Assembly: GCA_007375645.1 (NCBI GenBank) | Contig: VMER01000002.1 | Coordinates: 29,710-93,709 of the forward strand | DNA from: Parcubacteria group bacterium LiPW_15 | GTDB lineage: Bacteria > Patescibacteriota > Minisyncoccia > UBA6257 > 2-01-FULL-56-20 | Length of the DNA stretch: 64,000 nucleotides | Direction: 5' to 3' | In this document: piece after piece, positions 9,500 through 19,382 of the stretch | Layout of the letters: the number at the start of each line of letters is the position of its first letter | How positions within the stretch are numbered: the stretch's first letter is position 1 | Notes under the pieces: model-generated | What the model was told of the DNA's origin: nothing | Databases searched by the model: none | What the model saw: only the letters and a program-made list of their open reading frames with translations | Position numbers and translations under genes: made by a program

Positions 9500-11216
9500 T
9501 TTTTTTGTAAAAAGTTGCAGATATAATTTGGGCCCATGCTTTTGCCCAACGGCCAACCCCGAGCCACTCCGCCATCGGGAAGGTAAAACCCATCTTGGGC
9601 CGATCCCAAACCTCGCGCGGGAGTTCTTCCTCCATCGCTGAGATCAAAAGCTCTTTCGGACGGGAAGAAAGCTTCAGGCTGACCGGCAATGAACTTAAAT
9701 ATTCTACCAGCACATGGTCCAGAAACGGAACTCTGGCTTCGATGGAATGCCGCATAGACATAAAATCCGTGTCTTTTAAAAGCTGATTCGCCATGTAAAA
9801 GTTAACCTCCAACCAGGAAAGCGCGTCAGCCGGGTGCAGACTCGCCAATTTGGCGGGCAAAGAATCTTCGAGTTTGGCCACGTAGTCCCAAACCGATGAT
9901 TCATTTATTTTTAAAATTTCCGCAATTTCCGCCGGGGAAAAAAGCCCTCGCAGCGACAGATAAAAATTCATCAATCCTCTTCCCCTATATAGGTAGATCA
10001 ATTTCGCCCACCCATTCCGGCGGGAAAAAATTTTTAACGGCCACTTGAATGCCAGCGGAAGTTTTTGAAGAAAGCGAAAAAGTGCCGCGCGCCCGAAGTA
10101 GTGATAGCCCATAAATATCTCGTCGCTCCCGAGCCCCGAAAGCACAACTTTTAGCCCGGCTTCTTTTGCCGCCCGGGACACAAAATAAGTGTTCACTCCG
10201 TCGATGGTCGGCTGATCCATGGCCGCTAATATATTTTCTTTTTCCGCTCCGAAATCTTCTTTCCCGACCAGGTATTCTTTGTGCCGGCTTTTTATCTGCG
10301 CCACCACGCCCTCTCGATATCTTTTCTCCGAGAATTTTTGTTCTTTAAAATCAATGGAAAGCGTATCAAGCGGCTCTTTCCGCTGTCCCGCCGCCAAGAT
10401 CGCCAGGACGGAGGAGTCTATCCCTCCGCTTAAGAAAACTCCGAGCGGTGCGTCGCTTATAAGATGCAATCGAACAGATTCTTCCAATAGTTCTCTTAGC
10501 CTTGAAACGGCCTCCTTTTTTGTCGGTGAAATTTTATTTAAAAACGGAGCGAGCGAATCGTAATATTTTACCTCCTCCGTCCCGTTCTTCGAAAAGCTCA
10601 AATAATGTCCGGCTCTAACGGCACGAATTTCCTTAAATGTGGTTTTGGGAAGCGGCACCGAACCGAAAAGCAAAAAGCCTATTTTCGCCTCTTCATCCTC
10701 GTTCGGTTCCACAAGGCCGCTCTCTTTTATGGCAGCAACGGTCGAAGCGAAAACAAGACCCTCTCCGATCTTTGCGTAATAAAGCGGTTTTATTCCGTAC
10801 CGATCGCGCGCGAGGATAAGCTCTTCTTTCTCGGAATCATAAAGCGCCAAAGCAAACATGCCGCGAAGGCGGGAGAATGATTCTTTCCCCCACTCCTTAT
10901 ATGCGGCGAGAATTACTTCGGTGTCGGTTTTCGTTTTAAATGCGTGGCCCCTCAAAACAAGTTCCTTTTTTATTTCTTCAAAGTTATAAATTTCGCCGTT
11001 GAAAGTTATGTGTAAACCTCCCAAAGACATCGGCTGATGCCCGTCGCTTGAAAGATCGATTATAGAAAGACGCCGCTGACCCAAGGCGGCATGACCGAAA
11101 AGATTGAGCCCTTCATCGTCCGGACCTCTCAGCTTCTGCCGAGCGTTCATCTTGCGGACCGCATCTTCGGATCCCTGCCCGGCCGAAAATGAAATTGCTC
11201 CCGCTATTCCACACAT
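9486..11216 (-). CDS. asnB: Asparagine synthase (glutamine-hydrolysing)
   Basis: 576 aa. N-terminal MCGIAG (Ntn Cys2) and SGGIDSS PP-loop. Confidence 0.85.
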   Translation of the reverse strand: MCGIAGAISFSAGQGSEDAVRKMNARQKLRGPDDEGLNLFGHAALGQRRLSIIDLSSDGHQPMSLGGLHITFNGEIYNFEEIKKELVLRGHAFKTKTDTEVILAAYKEWGKESFSRLRGMFALALYDSEKEELILARDRYGIKPLYYAKIGEGLVFASTVAAIKESGLVEPNEDEEAKIGFLLFGSVPLPKTTFKEIRAVRAGHYLSFSKNGTEEVKYYDSLAPFLNKISPTKKEAVSRLRELLEESVRLHLISDAPLGVFLSGGIDSSVLAILAAGQRKEPLDTLSIDFKEQKFSEKRYREGVVAQIKSRHKEYLVGKEDFGAEKENILAAMDQPTIDGVNTYFVSRAAKEAGLKVVLSGLGSDEIFMGYHYFGRAALFRFLQKLPLAFKWPLKIFSRRNGWAKLIYLYRGRGLMNFYLSLRGLFSPAEIAEILKINESSVWDYVAKLEDSLPAKLASLHPADALSWLEVNFYMANQLLKDTDFMSMRHSIEARVPFLDHVLVEYLSSLPVSLKLSSRPKELLISAMEEELPREVWDRPKMGFTFPMAEWLGVGRWAKAWAQIISATFYKKNEKP

Positions 11217-11217
11217 T

Positions 11218-11817
11218 TTATTTTTTCTTCGCTGGTGCCTGAAGGGTTGCCAAAAGGTCGCTCACGCGCGTGTCCTGCGGCCAGGACTCAAGAATCGTAT
11301 TCCCAACCTCAATAGTATTTTCGTTGTCCCCCACGGCGCTATAAAGCGTCAAAAGTCCATAAAGGACCGGTGGAAGTTTTGGCCCCATCTCCCTCGCTTT
11401 TTTGTAATAATCCACGGCGGCGTCGTAATCGCCCTGCCGTTTAAAGCGGGTAAGCGTCATCGTATAAAGATTCGCCATGGCGATATAATGCCGCGTGTCC
11501 GGGTATATTTTCGGCTCAATGTAGTTTATGAGCTCTCGCGTCGTGCCCTCAGACATGTCTTGCTGCGAATTGACCACGGAGAGAATATTGCTCGTAAGAT
11601 ATTTCGCGGATTCCTCTCCGCCTACCGGAGAATAAAAGCCAAAGACTTTATCAAAATTGGTTTTAAATTCTTCGATGGTGCGCACGTTGTTAACACCTTG
11701 GGCGGCATCGATATAAGCCTGAGATTTTAGAACGGGCAGGATCGAACCGAACACGAACAAAAAAAGCACGAAGAGGATGCAAAGCGATACGACTCCCAAT
11801 TTAAAGCTACTGTTCAT
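11218..11817 (-). CDS. Membrane-anchored hypothetical protein (N-terminal TM, TPR-like C-terminal region)
   Basis: 199 aa. Hydrophobic N-terminus. Adjacent to the O-antigen ligase-family gene, in an operon. Confidence 0.4.
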   Translation of the reverse strand: MNSSFKLGVVSLCILFVLFLFVFGSILPVLKSQAYIDAAQGVNNVRTIEEFKTNFDKVFGFYSPVGGEESAKYLTSNILSVVNSQQDMSEGTTRELINYIEPKIYPDTRHYIAMANLYTMTLTRFKRQGDYDAAVDYYKKAREMGPKLPPVLYGLLTLYSAVGDNENTIEVGNTILESWPQDTRVSDLLATLQAPAKKK

Positions 11818-13177
11818 TGGTTTTGTGTTCCTTCGTTTGCGACGGATTCAAAAGATAATAGGCGAAGCCAAAGAAAAGAAAAATGTTCAGGTAGGTGGGA
11901 AGAATGTCGAAAAGCACCATTCCTTGCACGAAATAAGCGACCGGCAAAGCAAAGATCACCGCCTTAGCTGCAGCCGGAAGCCCGGTCATTTTAGGCGCGT
12001 CCGCCCGAACGGCATGTTTTTCCCGTCCCCTTCTCAAAAATTCCACATAGAAAACTATAAATATCGAAAGGTAGGCTAGCGTTCCAAGAATTCCTATCTC
12101 AGCCAAATAATCGAAGATTATATTGTGCGCCCTGTCGAACCAGGCGCCGAATTGAGCCGGTGGCTGATAATAAGTCGTATTGAAGTTGTGGTCGAAAACA
12201 TATAAAAAGTTTTCCGGGCCCATGCCAAGAACCGGCCTCTCTTTAAATCCATCCCAAGCCATCTTCCAGATAACCCGGCGATCGCTAAAAGTCTGCGCAC
12301 TGAAAGAAATATCGAAAACGCGCGCAAACGGAAGTTTTTTTACAAGCGGATTATCTTTTAAAACTACCATTGCCGACACGAACAAGACTACAAAAACCGC
12401 GAGCCCAATAAGCCACTTCCGCCATTCTTTCTTGGAAAAGGCCAGAAACCCCAAGAAAAATACCGAGCTCACGATCAAAGCCAAAAATGCTCCGCGGGTA
12501 GCGGCTAAAAACAAAAACACCGCAAAAACCAAAACCGAAAAGACTATCGGCAAGCCTTTAACCGAGCGAATTTGTCCCCGATATTTTGTGAAGAGCAGAT
12601 ACAGGGCGAAAAAAAGCATAAAGATCATATAGGTCGCGAAATACGCCGGATTTCCGATAGATCCCTGAAAACGGAAGTTTGGAGTGCCGAATGCCGGTCC
12701 GATAATATTGTTCACTCCCCAACCGGCCAGAAATCCGTAACCAATAGAAATAAATGCCGTAGCGAACGAACACCAGAATATCTTTATCCAGTTCTTCTCT
12801 TCGTTAAAAAGTGTGGCCAAAAGCAGGAAAAAGCCGTAAAGATGGATTATCTGTAATCCTCCCTCTCCGCGTTCAAAGTTGGACCAGAAAGAATTCGCCG
12901 GATTAACGCCGAAAGTGCCCGCCAAAAGGAACATCAGAGTAAAAGCGGAAACGGCTATGCCGAGGGGAGATTTTATGACCCTTCGGAAACGCTCTAGATA
13001 TGCGTTGCCGTCGCTCTCCTTGATAAGCCCCACGAGAAAGAAAATCAGCGCAAAATCAACCGAACTTCTAAACCACGCATACTTTCCGACGATGAACGGA
13101 AAAAGCGTGGAGGTTGTAACCAGAGTTATCGCGAAGACCGCGGCATACAGAAAAAATTTGGATATTTTGAACGACAT
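11807..13177 (-). CDS. O-antigen ligase / Wzy-like polytopic membrane protein
   Basis: 456 aa with about 10-12 hydrophobic segments and a large loop. Composition typical of the O-antigen ligase family. Confidence 0.6.
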   Translation of the reverse strand: MSFKISKFFLYAAVFAITLVTTSTLFPFIVGKYAWFRSSVDFALIFFLVGLIKESDGNAYLERFRRVIKSPLGIAVSAFTLMFLLAGTFGVNPANSFWSNFERGEGGLQIIHLYGFFLLLATLFNEEKNWIKIFWCSFATAFISIGYGFLAGWGVNNIIGPAFGTPNFRFQGSIGNPAYFATYMIFMLFFALYLLFTKYRGQIRSVKGLPIVFSVLVFAVFLFLAATRGAFLALIVSSVFFLGFLAFSKKEWRKWLIGLAVFVVLFVSAMVVLKDNPLVKKLPFARVFDISFSAQTFSDRRVIWKMAWDGFKERPVLGMGPENFLYVFDHNFNTTYYQPPAQFGAWFDRAHNIIFDYLAEIGILGTLAYLSIFIVFYVEFLRRGREKHAVRADAPKMTGLPAAAKAVIFALPVAYFVQGMVLFDILPTYLNIFLFFGFAYYLLNPSQTKEHKTNEQ

Positions 13178-13178
13178 A

Positions 13179-14699
13179 TTATCTCGCGAATTCCACCGCG
13201 CGCATCTCGCGGATGACGTTTACTTTTATCTCTCCAGGATATTTTAGCTCGGATTGGATACGATTCGCAATTTCCTTTGCCATCTCGAGGGCCCGGAAGT
13301 CGTCTATTTTTTCGGGAACGACGAACACACGCAATTCGCGGCCGGCGGATATAGCGTAGGCATTTTTGACGCCCGGGAATTCGCTCGCGATCTTTTCCAA
13401 ATCCGCCAAACGTTTAATGTAGTTTTCCACTGTTCCCCTTCTCGCTCCGGGGCGCGCGGCGCTAAGCACGTCCACCGCGGTGATGATAAATGATTCCGGA
13501 GACGCATACGGATAATCTTCGTGATGACTGCGCATGCCGTTTATCACGTCCTCGGAAATACCGTATTTCTTGAGTATCTTCATGCCGAGATCCACGTGCG
13601 TTCCTTCCACTTCGTGGTCAATGGCTTTTCCAATGTCATGCAAGAGGGCGGCCTTCTTCGCCACCGCGACATTCAATCCCAATTCCGCCGCCATCATACC
13701 GGCGAGATAGGTCATCTCGATCGAGTGGTTCAAAACGTTTTGGCCGAAACTCATCCTAAAATGAAGCCTGCCCAAAAGCGAAAGGATTTCTTTCGGCAGA
13801 TCGTAAACGCCGACTTCCATCGCCGCCGCTTCGCCGATCTCGCCCACCCGCTTATTGAGTTCCTCTTTAGCCTCCTCAACTTTTTCTTCGATTTTCGCCG
13901 GTTGAATACGGCCGTCTTTTATGAGCTGTTCCAAGGCGAGTCTCGCGACTTCCCTGCGGAACGGGTCGAAGGAAGAAATGACTATGGTGTCCGGAGTCTC
14001 GTCCATCACGAATTCCACGCCAGTCGCTCTTTCAAGCGCGCGAATGTTTCGCCCTTCGCGACCGATTATCTTTCCTTTAATTTCCTCGTCGGCCAGATGG
14101 AAAACGGTAGTGGTAAGTTCGGAAACGTGCGAGCGCGCGTAGCGCTGCATCGCGGTCGTGATGACCTCCACGGACTTCTTTTCGAGTTCATCCCGGAGAT
14201 TCTGCTCCAGCTTCTGCATGGTTTTCGCCAGATCCTCCCGGTTCTGCTCCTTGATTGCGGAATACAGGGCCTCTTTCGCCTGTTCGGGCGAAAGACCGCT
14301 CACTTTTTCTAATTCCACCTGCGCTTTGGCGCGGATCTCGTCCACTTCTTTGTGGCGCGTCTCAAGCGCTTCGCGTTCGGCGCGGAGCTTCGCGGAATCC
14401 TGGTCCAGCGCGGTCAATTTCTTTTCCAAAGACTCCTCGCGTTCATGGATGCGGGACTCAAGAACCAATATTTCTTTTTTTCTATCGCGCTCCTCTTTCT
14501 GCGCCTCTTCTAAAATATTTGAGGCTTTTTCTTTTGCGCCAAGCAAAATTTCCTTGGCTTCGCTTTCAACCTTCTTATTTTTCTCTTCTATTTGCTGCTC
14601 GAGCGAACCTAATTGTTTAGTCGCCCAAAGCTGTCGTACGAAGTATCCTGCCGCCAGACCCAAAACAAGGCCCCCTAAGGGAATCAGTATTGAAGACAT
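13179..14699 (-). CDS. rny: Ribonuclease Y
   Basis: 506 aa. N-terminal TM, coiled coil, KH domain, and HD domain with HDIGK. Confidence 0.9.
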   Translation of the reverse strand: MSSILIPLGGLVLGLAAGYFVRQLWATKQLGSLEQQIEEKNKKVESEAKEILLGAKEKASNILEEAQKEERDRKKEILVLESRIHEREESLEKKLTALDQDSAKLRAEREALETRHKEVDEIRAKAQVELEKVSGLSPEQAKEALYSAIKEQNREDLAKTMQKLEQNLRDELEKKSVEVITTAMQRYARSHVSELTTTVFHLADEEIKGKIIGREGRNIRALERATGVEFVMDETPDTIVISSFDPFRREVARLALEQLIKDGRIQPAKIEEKVEEAKEELNKRVGEIGEAAAMEVGVYDLPKEILSLLGRLHFRMSFGQNVLNHSIEMTYLAGMMAAELGLNVAVAKKAALLHDIGKAIDHEVEGTHVDLGMKILKKYGISEDVINGMRSHHEDYPYASPESFIITAVDVLSAARPGARRGTVENYIKRLADLEKIASEFPGVKNAYAISAGRELRVFVVPEKIDDFRALEMAKEIANRIQSELKYPGEIKVNVIREMRAVEFAR

Positions 14700-14816
14700 T
14701 ATTAATTTTTCGTTGAAACTCCATCTCGGTTTGATAGAGGGTTAATGACTTTTGACAGGTTTAATATTACCCCAGATGCCGGTTTTGGTCAATTAAAAAG
14801 CCGTGGCTAGGCGAAA

Positions 14817-16373
14817 ATGGGTTATACTAATGAATACATGGCGAAGAATGTGGTTCTCATAATCCTGGACGGCTGGGGCATAGGAAGAAACGACGAATCC
14901 AACCCCATCTATATGGTCAAACCCCAGAATCTGAAGTCTCTGGAAGACAATTACCCGGTAACGAGCCTTCAGGCCTCCGGAATCTCCGTGGGACTCCCCT
15001 GGGGCGAGGTCGGGAACAGCGAAGTGGGCCATTTAACTATCGGCGCAGGCAAAGTCATCTACCAATATTTTCCGCGCATCACCATGGCCATCCAAGATGG
15101 AACTTTTTTTGAAAATCCGGCATTCAAAGCGGCCTGCGACCACGCCAAAAAAAATAATTCGTTTTTAAATCTCGCAGGACTCCTATCCAGAGGAAATGTC
15201 CACGCCTCCCTCGACCACCTGAAGGCGCTTTTGAAATTCGCCGAAAAAGAAGGGGTAGCAAACGTGCGCCTACACCTCTTTTCCGACGGGAAAGACTCCC
15301 CGCCCAAAACGCTTGAAAAGTTTTTGACGGAGCTTCCAGCGGAAAAGATCGCATCTCTGACCGGCCGGTATTACGCGATGGATCGCGAAGGCAATTGGCG
15401 GCTCACCGAACAAGCTTACAACTGCATGACCGGAACTTCGGGAACGCTTGCTAAAAACAATCTCCCGAAGCTCATTGCCGACAATTATGCGAAGGGTTTG
15501 AACGAGGAATATCTGCCCCCGCTTCGGCTTCAGGAAGACGGCGGAATAAAAGATAACGACGCACTTTTCATTTTTAACTACCGCGAAGATTCCATCCGGC
15601 AAATAGCGGAGTCTTTTATCGTAAAAGATTTTGATAAATTCGTAAGGAAGGATTTTAAAAACCTTTTCGTGGCAACCATGACCCACTACATGGACAAATT
15701 CGATTGCCCGGTCGCCTTCCCCTCGGAAGTGGTTAAGTCTCCGCTCGGCAAAGTGATAAGCGACGCAAAAATGACCCAGCTCCGCCTCGCGGAATCCTAC
15801 AAATATGCGCACGTAACTTATTTCTTCAACGGATTCACCGAGCCTCCATTTGAGGGCGAATATCGCGTTTTGATCCCGTCCGAACCCATCCCCCACCCGG
15901 ACGAACACCCGCAAATGATGGCCTCCTCAATAACCGACCGGCTCATTCAAGCCATCGAAAATCGAGCCTTCAATTTTATTTTGGTAAATTACGCGAACGG
16001 CGACACTATCGCCCATACCGGAAACTACAACGCTGCCAAAGAAGCGGTTAAAACAATCGATAAAGAGATCGGGCGCGTCGTCCAATCGGTTCTCGCGAAT
16101 GACGCCCTGCTTTTTATCAGCTCCGACCACGGCAACGTAGAAGAACTCCTAAATCCGATGACCGGCCAACCCGAAACCCAGCACGACCCAAATCCGGTTC
16201 CCTTCTACGTGGTTGGAAATGAATTTAAGGGCAGGAAATTTATCAACTGGCAAACCGTGGCCACCCAACCGATCGGCATTATCTCCGACATCGCGCCCAC
16301 GATACTCGAAATAATCGGCATCCAAAAACCGGAGGATATGAACGGAAGAAGTTTGCTTCGAGACCTGCTTTAG
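14817..16373 (+). CDS. gpmI: 2,3-bisphosphoglycerate-independent phosphoglycerate mutase
   Basis: 518 aa. VVLIILDGWG .. SDHGN, the iPGM pattern. Confidence 0.9.
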   Translation: MGYTNEYMAKNVVLIILDGWGIGRNDESNPIYMVKPQNLKSLEDNYPVTSLQASGISVGLPWGEVGNSEVGHLTIGAGKVIYQYFPRITMAIQDGTFFENPAFKAACDHAKKNNSFLNLAGLLSRGNVHASLDHLKALLKFAEKEGVANVRLHLFSDGKDSPPKTLEKFLTELPAEKIASLTGRYYAMDREGNWRLTEQAYNCMTGTSGTLAKNNLPKLIADNYAKGLNEEYLPPLRLQEDGGIKDNDALFIFNYREDSIRQIAESFIVKDFDKFVRKDFKNLFVATMTHYMDKFDCPVAFPSEVVKSPLGKVISDAKMTQLRLAESYKYAHVTYFFNGFTEPPFEGEYRVLIPSEPIPHPDEHPQMMASSITDRLIQAIENRAFNFILVNYANGDTIAHTGNYNAAKEAVKTIDKEIGRVVQSVLANDALLFISSDHGNVEELLNPMTGQPETQHDPNPVPFYVVGNEFKGRKFINWQTVATQPIGIISDIAPTILEIIGIQKPEDMNGRSLLRDLL

Positions 16374-16389
16374 AAATAGAAAGGCGCCG

Positions 16390-16605
16390 CTACGATTGCG
16401 GCGCCGACACGGGCTTTTGGGGAAATACGAGACACAGAGCGAAGAGTGCCACTCCCACGCCGGAAGCGATCAGTTTGGTCTTGAGCGAGAACGGCACCAT
16501 GACCGAGAGAACGATCGCGGCGAATCCCAGGATCGCCGCTTCCGTTCGGATGGCTTCCCCTATCTTTCTTTGCATTTCAAACCTCCGCATGCCTGTAGCT
16601 AGCAT
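16390..16605 (-). CDS. Small membrane protein (hypothetical, 2 TM)
   Basis: 71 aa hydrophobic ORF sitting in an intergenic gap. Confidence 0.3.
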   Translation of the reverse strand: MLATGMRRFEMQRKIGEAIRTEAAILGFAAIVLSVMVPFSLKTKLIASGVGVALFALCLVFPQKPVSAPQS

Positions 16606-16656
16606 AATTATAGACTCCGTGTTCCGCGACGCAACACAAACTGGTATAATCAGCTT

Positions 16657-17013
16657 ATGTTCAGATTAATAGCGCGCGCAATAATCGCGGTGGTTGTAAA
16701 CGCATTGGGCCTCCTCGCCGCTTCGTACTATATAAAAGGATTCAATCTGAATAATGATTTCCGGGAGATATTGGTCCTTGCCGCGGTTTTTACCGCCATA
16801 TATTTCATTCTGCGCCCGATAGTGAAAATGATACTGGGACCGTTTTTGGTTCTTACCTTGGGTCTCGGACTCATCGTGGTAAACGCCGCAATGCTATATT
16901 TGCTTGACTTAGCTTCCAAAAATCTTATGATAGATGGCGTCGGAGCGCTCCTTGAGGCAACATTGCTTCTGAGCGTACTAAACTTTGTTTTGCACTACGC
17001 GGAAAAAGAATGA
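16657..17013 (+). CDS. Phage holin family (Phage_holin_4_2-like) 4-TM membrane protein
   Basis: 118 aa. NALGLLAASY..LRPIVKMILGPFLVLTLGLGLIVVNAAMLYLL pattern. TGgTATAAT (16642-16650) lies 6 nt before the ATG, which suggests a leaderless transcript. Confidence 0.6.
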   Translation: MFRLIARAIIAVVVNALGLLAASYYIKGFNLNNDFREILVLAAVFTAIYFILRPIVKMILGPFLVLTLGLGLIVVNAAMLYLLDLASKNLMIDGVGALLEATLLLSVLNFVLHYAEKE

Positions 17014-17222
17014 TCTCAATAATATATATAATCGTAACCGTAGCCTTGGTAATCCTGATCCTCCTTCAACAGCGTTCGGGAGGAATGTCCGGTCTTTTTG
17101 GCGGCGATTCGAGCAGCTTCTATCAGGCTAGGCGCGGATTGGAAAAGTTCTTTCTTTGGGGCACCGTGATCCTTTCTATCCTTTTTGTGGCGCTCTCTCT
17201 TTGGCAACTGCTGGCGAAATAA
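17010..17222 (+). CDS. secG: Preprotein translocase subunit SecG
   Basis: 70 aa. LLQQRSGGMSGLFGG motif between two TM helices. Confidence 0.7.
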   Translation: MISIIYIIVTVALVILILLQQRSGGMSGLFGGDSSSFYQARRGLEKFFLWGTVILSILFVALSLWQLLAK

Positions 17223-17248
17223 GCGCGGCCGGGCGCAAAGAGAACTTG

Positions 17249-17345
17249 TCCCGTTAGAAAATTTTACGGATAATATATTTATTACCCGCACACCCAAAGC
17301 CCTCATGCACATCAGCAATATATCGTCTTTAATTTTCTAACGGGA
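17249..17345. repeat. Copy 1 of a TIR-bounded element. 15-bp perfect terminal inverted repeats TCCCGTTAGAAAATT / AATTTTCTAACGGGA flank a 67-nt core.
   Basis: 17249-17263 is the exact reverse complement of 17331-17345. The outer A of the right repeat is the A of the ATG of the downstream SBP gene. Confidence 0.7.
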
Positions 17346-18994
17346 TGACTTGGCTCAAGAAAATTTTTACGTCTTTCTCGGAGAGAGAGCGCCTTAGTTT
17401 CGTTATCGCCTGCGCCTCGGCTATAGTCGCAGGGGCGCTTCTTGTTTGGCTTATATTTTTGAATGTAACTACGGCCGCTCCCGCTCGCGGAGGCGATTAT
17501 GCTGAAGGCTTCTTGGGCCAGCCGGCCTATGCAAATCCTTTGCTCGCCGAAACCCCGGCCGACAAAGCTTTGGTGCGCCTCGCTTTCGCAAACCTACCCG
17601 ATCTGGCAGACAAAATAGAGAGCGATAAAACCGGAAAAGTTTATAAGGTTCGGCTCAAGGAAAATCTAACTTGGTCCAATGGGCAAAAGCTCACAAGCGA
17701 TGACGTCATCTTTACCCTCCAAAAACTTCAGGATCCGCAAACCGCGAGTCCGTATTTTTCGAACTGGCAAGGCGTCGCCGTAAGCCGAGTAAGCGAGCTT
17801 GAAGTCCAGTTCACCCTGGCCGCACCCTACGCGTTTTTTTCGCAGAGCCTTCAAAATTTTTACGTAGTCCCGAAACATCTTTTTGCCGACACGCCGGCCT
17901 CCAACTGGAAATTGTCCGACTACAATCTAAAGCCGGTCGGCTCCGGCCCCTACTCTTTTTATTCCTACGAAAAGAGGGATGACGGATTCATAAGCCTCTA
18001 CCGCCTCAAGGCCAACGAAAATTATGCCGGCGGCGCTCCGTATATAGAAAATTTCGATCTGCGCTTCTTCACCAAACCGGAAGATGTTGTTAAAGCATTT
18101 AACGCAGGGCAGATCGACGCCATTGCGGACTTGGATCCGGAAACCCTGAAGAGCATTCACCGCACCTATAATCTTTCGGAGTTTCTCTTGCCGAACTACT
18201 ACGCCGTTTTTTGGAATCAGAGCCAAAACCCGGCGCTAGAGGACTCATCTGTGCGGCAAGCGCTCTCTCTTTCCATAAACAGAAGCGAACTTATGCGCGA
18301 TGCGCTCTACGGCTACGGGCGAGAAAGCCTTGGTCCCGTCCCGAAGGACATTCCGGGCCTAATTATTTCCTACGCCTCCCAAGAAAACGATCCGAACCAA
18401 GCGAGCAACACCTTGGAATCCGCCGGGTGGAAAATGGCAGATCAAGGATTCCGCTCCAAAGAAATCAAAGGCGGCTCAATAGATCTTAAATTCAAACTGA
18501 CCGTGCCCAATATCCCGTTTTTGGTTTCCACCGCAAAAACCCTGGCCGCCGAATGGTCCAAGATCGGCGCAGCAGTCGAACTGAATATTCTGCCCCCAGA
18601 CGAAATAATCTCCGGCCAGATCAAGAACAGAAATTATGAAGCGGTTCTTTTCGGGAACCTTTTGGGATCTAACGGCGACCCGTACGCTTTTTGGCACTCT
18701 TCGGAAAAATACTATCCGGGACTGAATCTGGCGCTTTACGGGGACAAACCAGCGGACAAACTTCTCGAATCCATTCGCCAAAATCCGGACAGCGCGAGCC
18801 GCGCGACACAATTCCAAGACCTGTCTGACAAAATAACCGGCGCCTTTCCGGCGGTATTCCTATATTCCCCTTCCTACCTTTTTGTATCAAGCCGGGATCT
18901 AAACGGCGTCACGGGCGGGTTCCTGGGAGAGAATGCGGATCGCCTCCGAGCGGCTAAGGATTGGTACGTGAAAGTTGCACGCGTGTTTAAATAA
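17345..18994 (+). CDS. ABC transporter substrate-binding protein, family 5 (peptide/nickel type)
   Basis: 549 aa. N-terminal TM/signal anchor. SBP_bac_5-like composition. Confidence 0.7.
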   Translation: MTWLKKIFTSFSERERLSFVIACASAIVAGALLVWLIFLNVTTAAPARGGDYAEGFLGQPAYANPLLAETPADKALVRLAFANLPDLADKIESDKTGKVYKVRLKENLTWSNGQKLTSDDVIFTLQKLQDPQTASPYFSNWQGVAVSRVSELEVQFTLAAPYAFFSQSLQNFYVVPKHLFADTPASNWKLSDYNLKPVGSGPYSFYSYEKRDDGFISLYRLKANENYAGGAPYIENFDLRFFTKPEDVVKAFNAGQIDAIADLDPETLKSIHRTYNLSEFLLPNYYAVFWNQSQNPALEDSSVRQALSLSINRSELMRDALYGYGRESLGPVPKDIPGLIISYASQENDPNQASNTLESAGWKMADQGFRSKEIKGGSIDLKFKLTVPNIPFLVSTAKTLAAEWSKIGAAVELNILPPDEIISGQIKNRNYEAVLFGNLLGSNGDPYAFWHSSEKYYPGLNLALYGDKPADKLLESIRQNPDSASRATQFQDLSDKITGAFPAVFLYSPSYLFVSSRDLNGVTGGFLGENADRLRAAKDWYVKVARVFK

Positions 18995-19202
18995 ATCCGG
19001 AAGACAAGCTTGACTTTGTCCGTGATTAACGCTAAGATATACCCAACTTCGATTCCTCCTGTGTCCACTTATCCGAAAAGAAGGATCTCTTTCCCCAGCC
19101 GGATTTTTGTTTCGCGCAATAAATAATATTTAAACTTATACCGATCAAAAAGTAGAGGATTCGATCCGGCGGCAAAAATAGCAAGACTCGTTAAATAAAT
19201 AT

Positions 19203-19286
19203 GGGCGAGTGGTGAAACTGGCAGACACGCAGGCTTCAGGAGTCTGTGGGAGCAATCCCGTGGAGGTTCAAATCCTCTCTCGCCCA
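19203..19286 (+). tRNA. tRNA-Leu (anticodon CAG)
   Basis: GGGCGAG acceptor pairs with CTCGCCC. Anticodon stem CAGGC/GTCTG with loop TTCAGGA. Long variable arm GGGAGCAATCCC. T-loop TTCAAAT. Discriminator A. CCA is not encoded. Confidence 0.85.
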
Positions 19287-19382
19287 CACTATGATTTTCT
19301 TGGCAAGGCACGAACCTAGAAAATCTTGTGCCCCGCAAAATGCGGGACGAAAGAAAAATATAAACGAAAACAAAAAAATAAA

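Noticed and set aside
13521-14312. 263-aa plus-strand ORF inside rny
   Set aside because: It lies antisense to a well-supported RNase Y gene and has no motif. It is an antisense open frame only.
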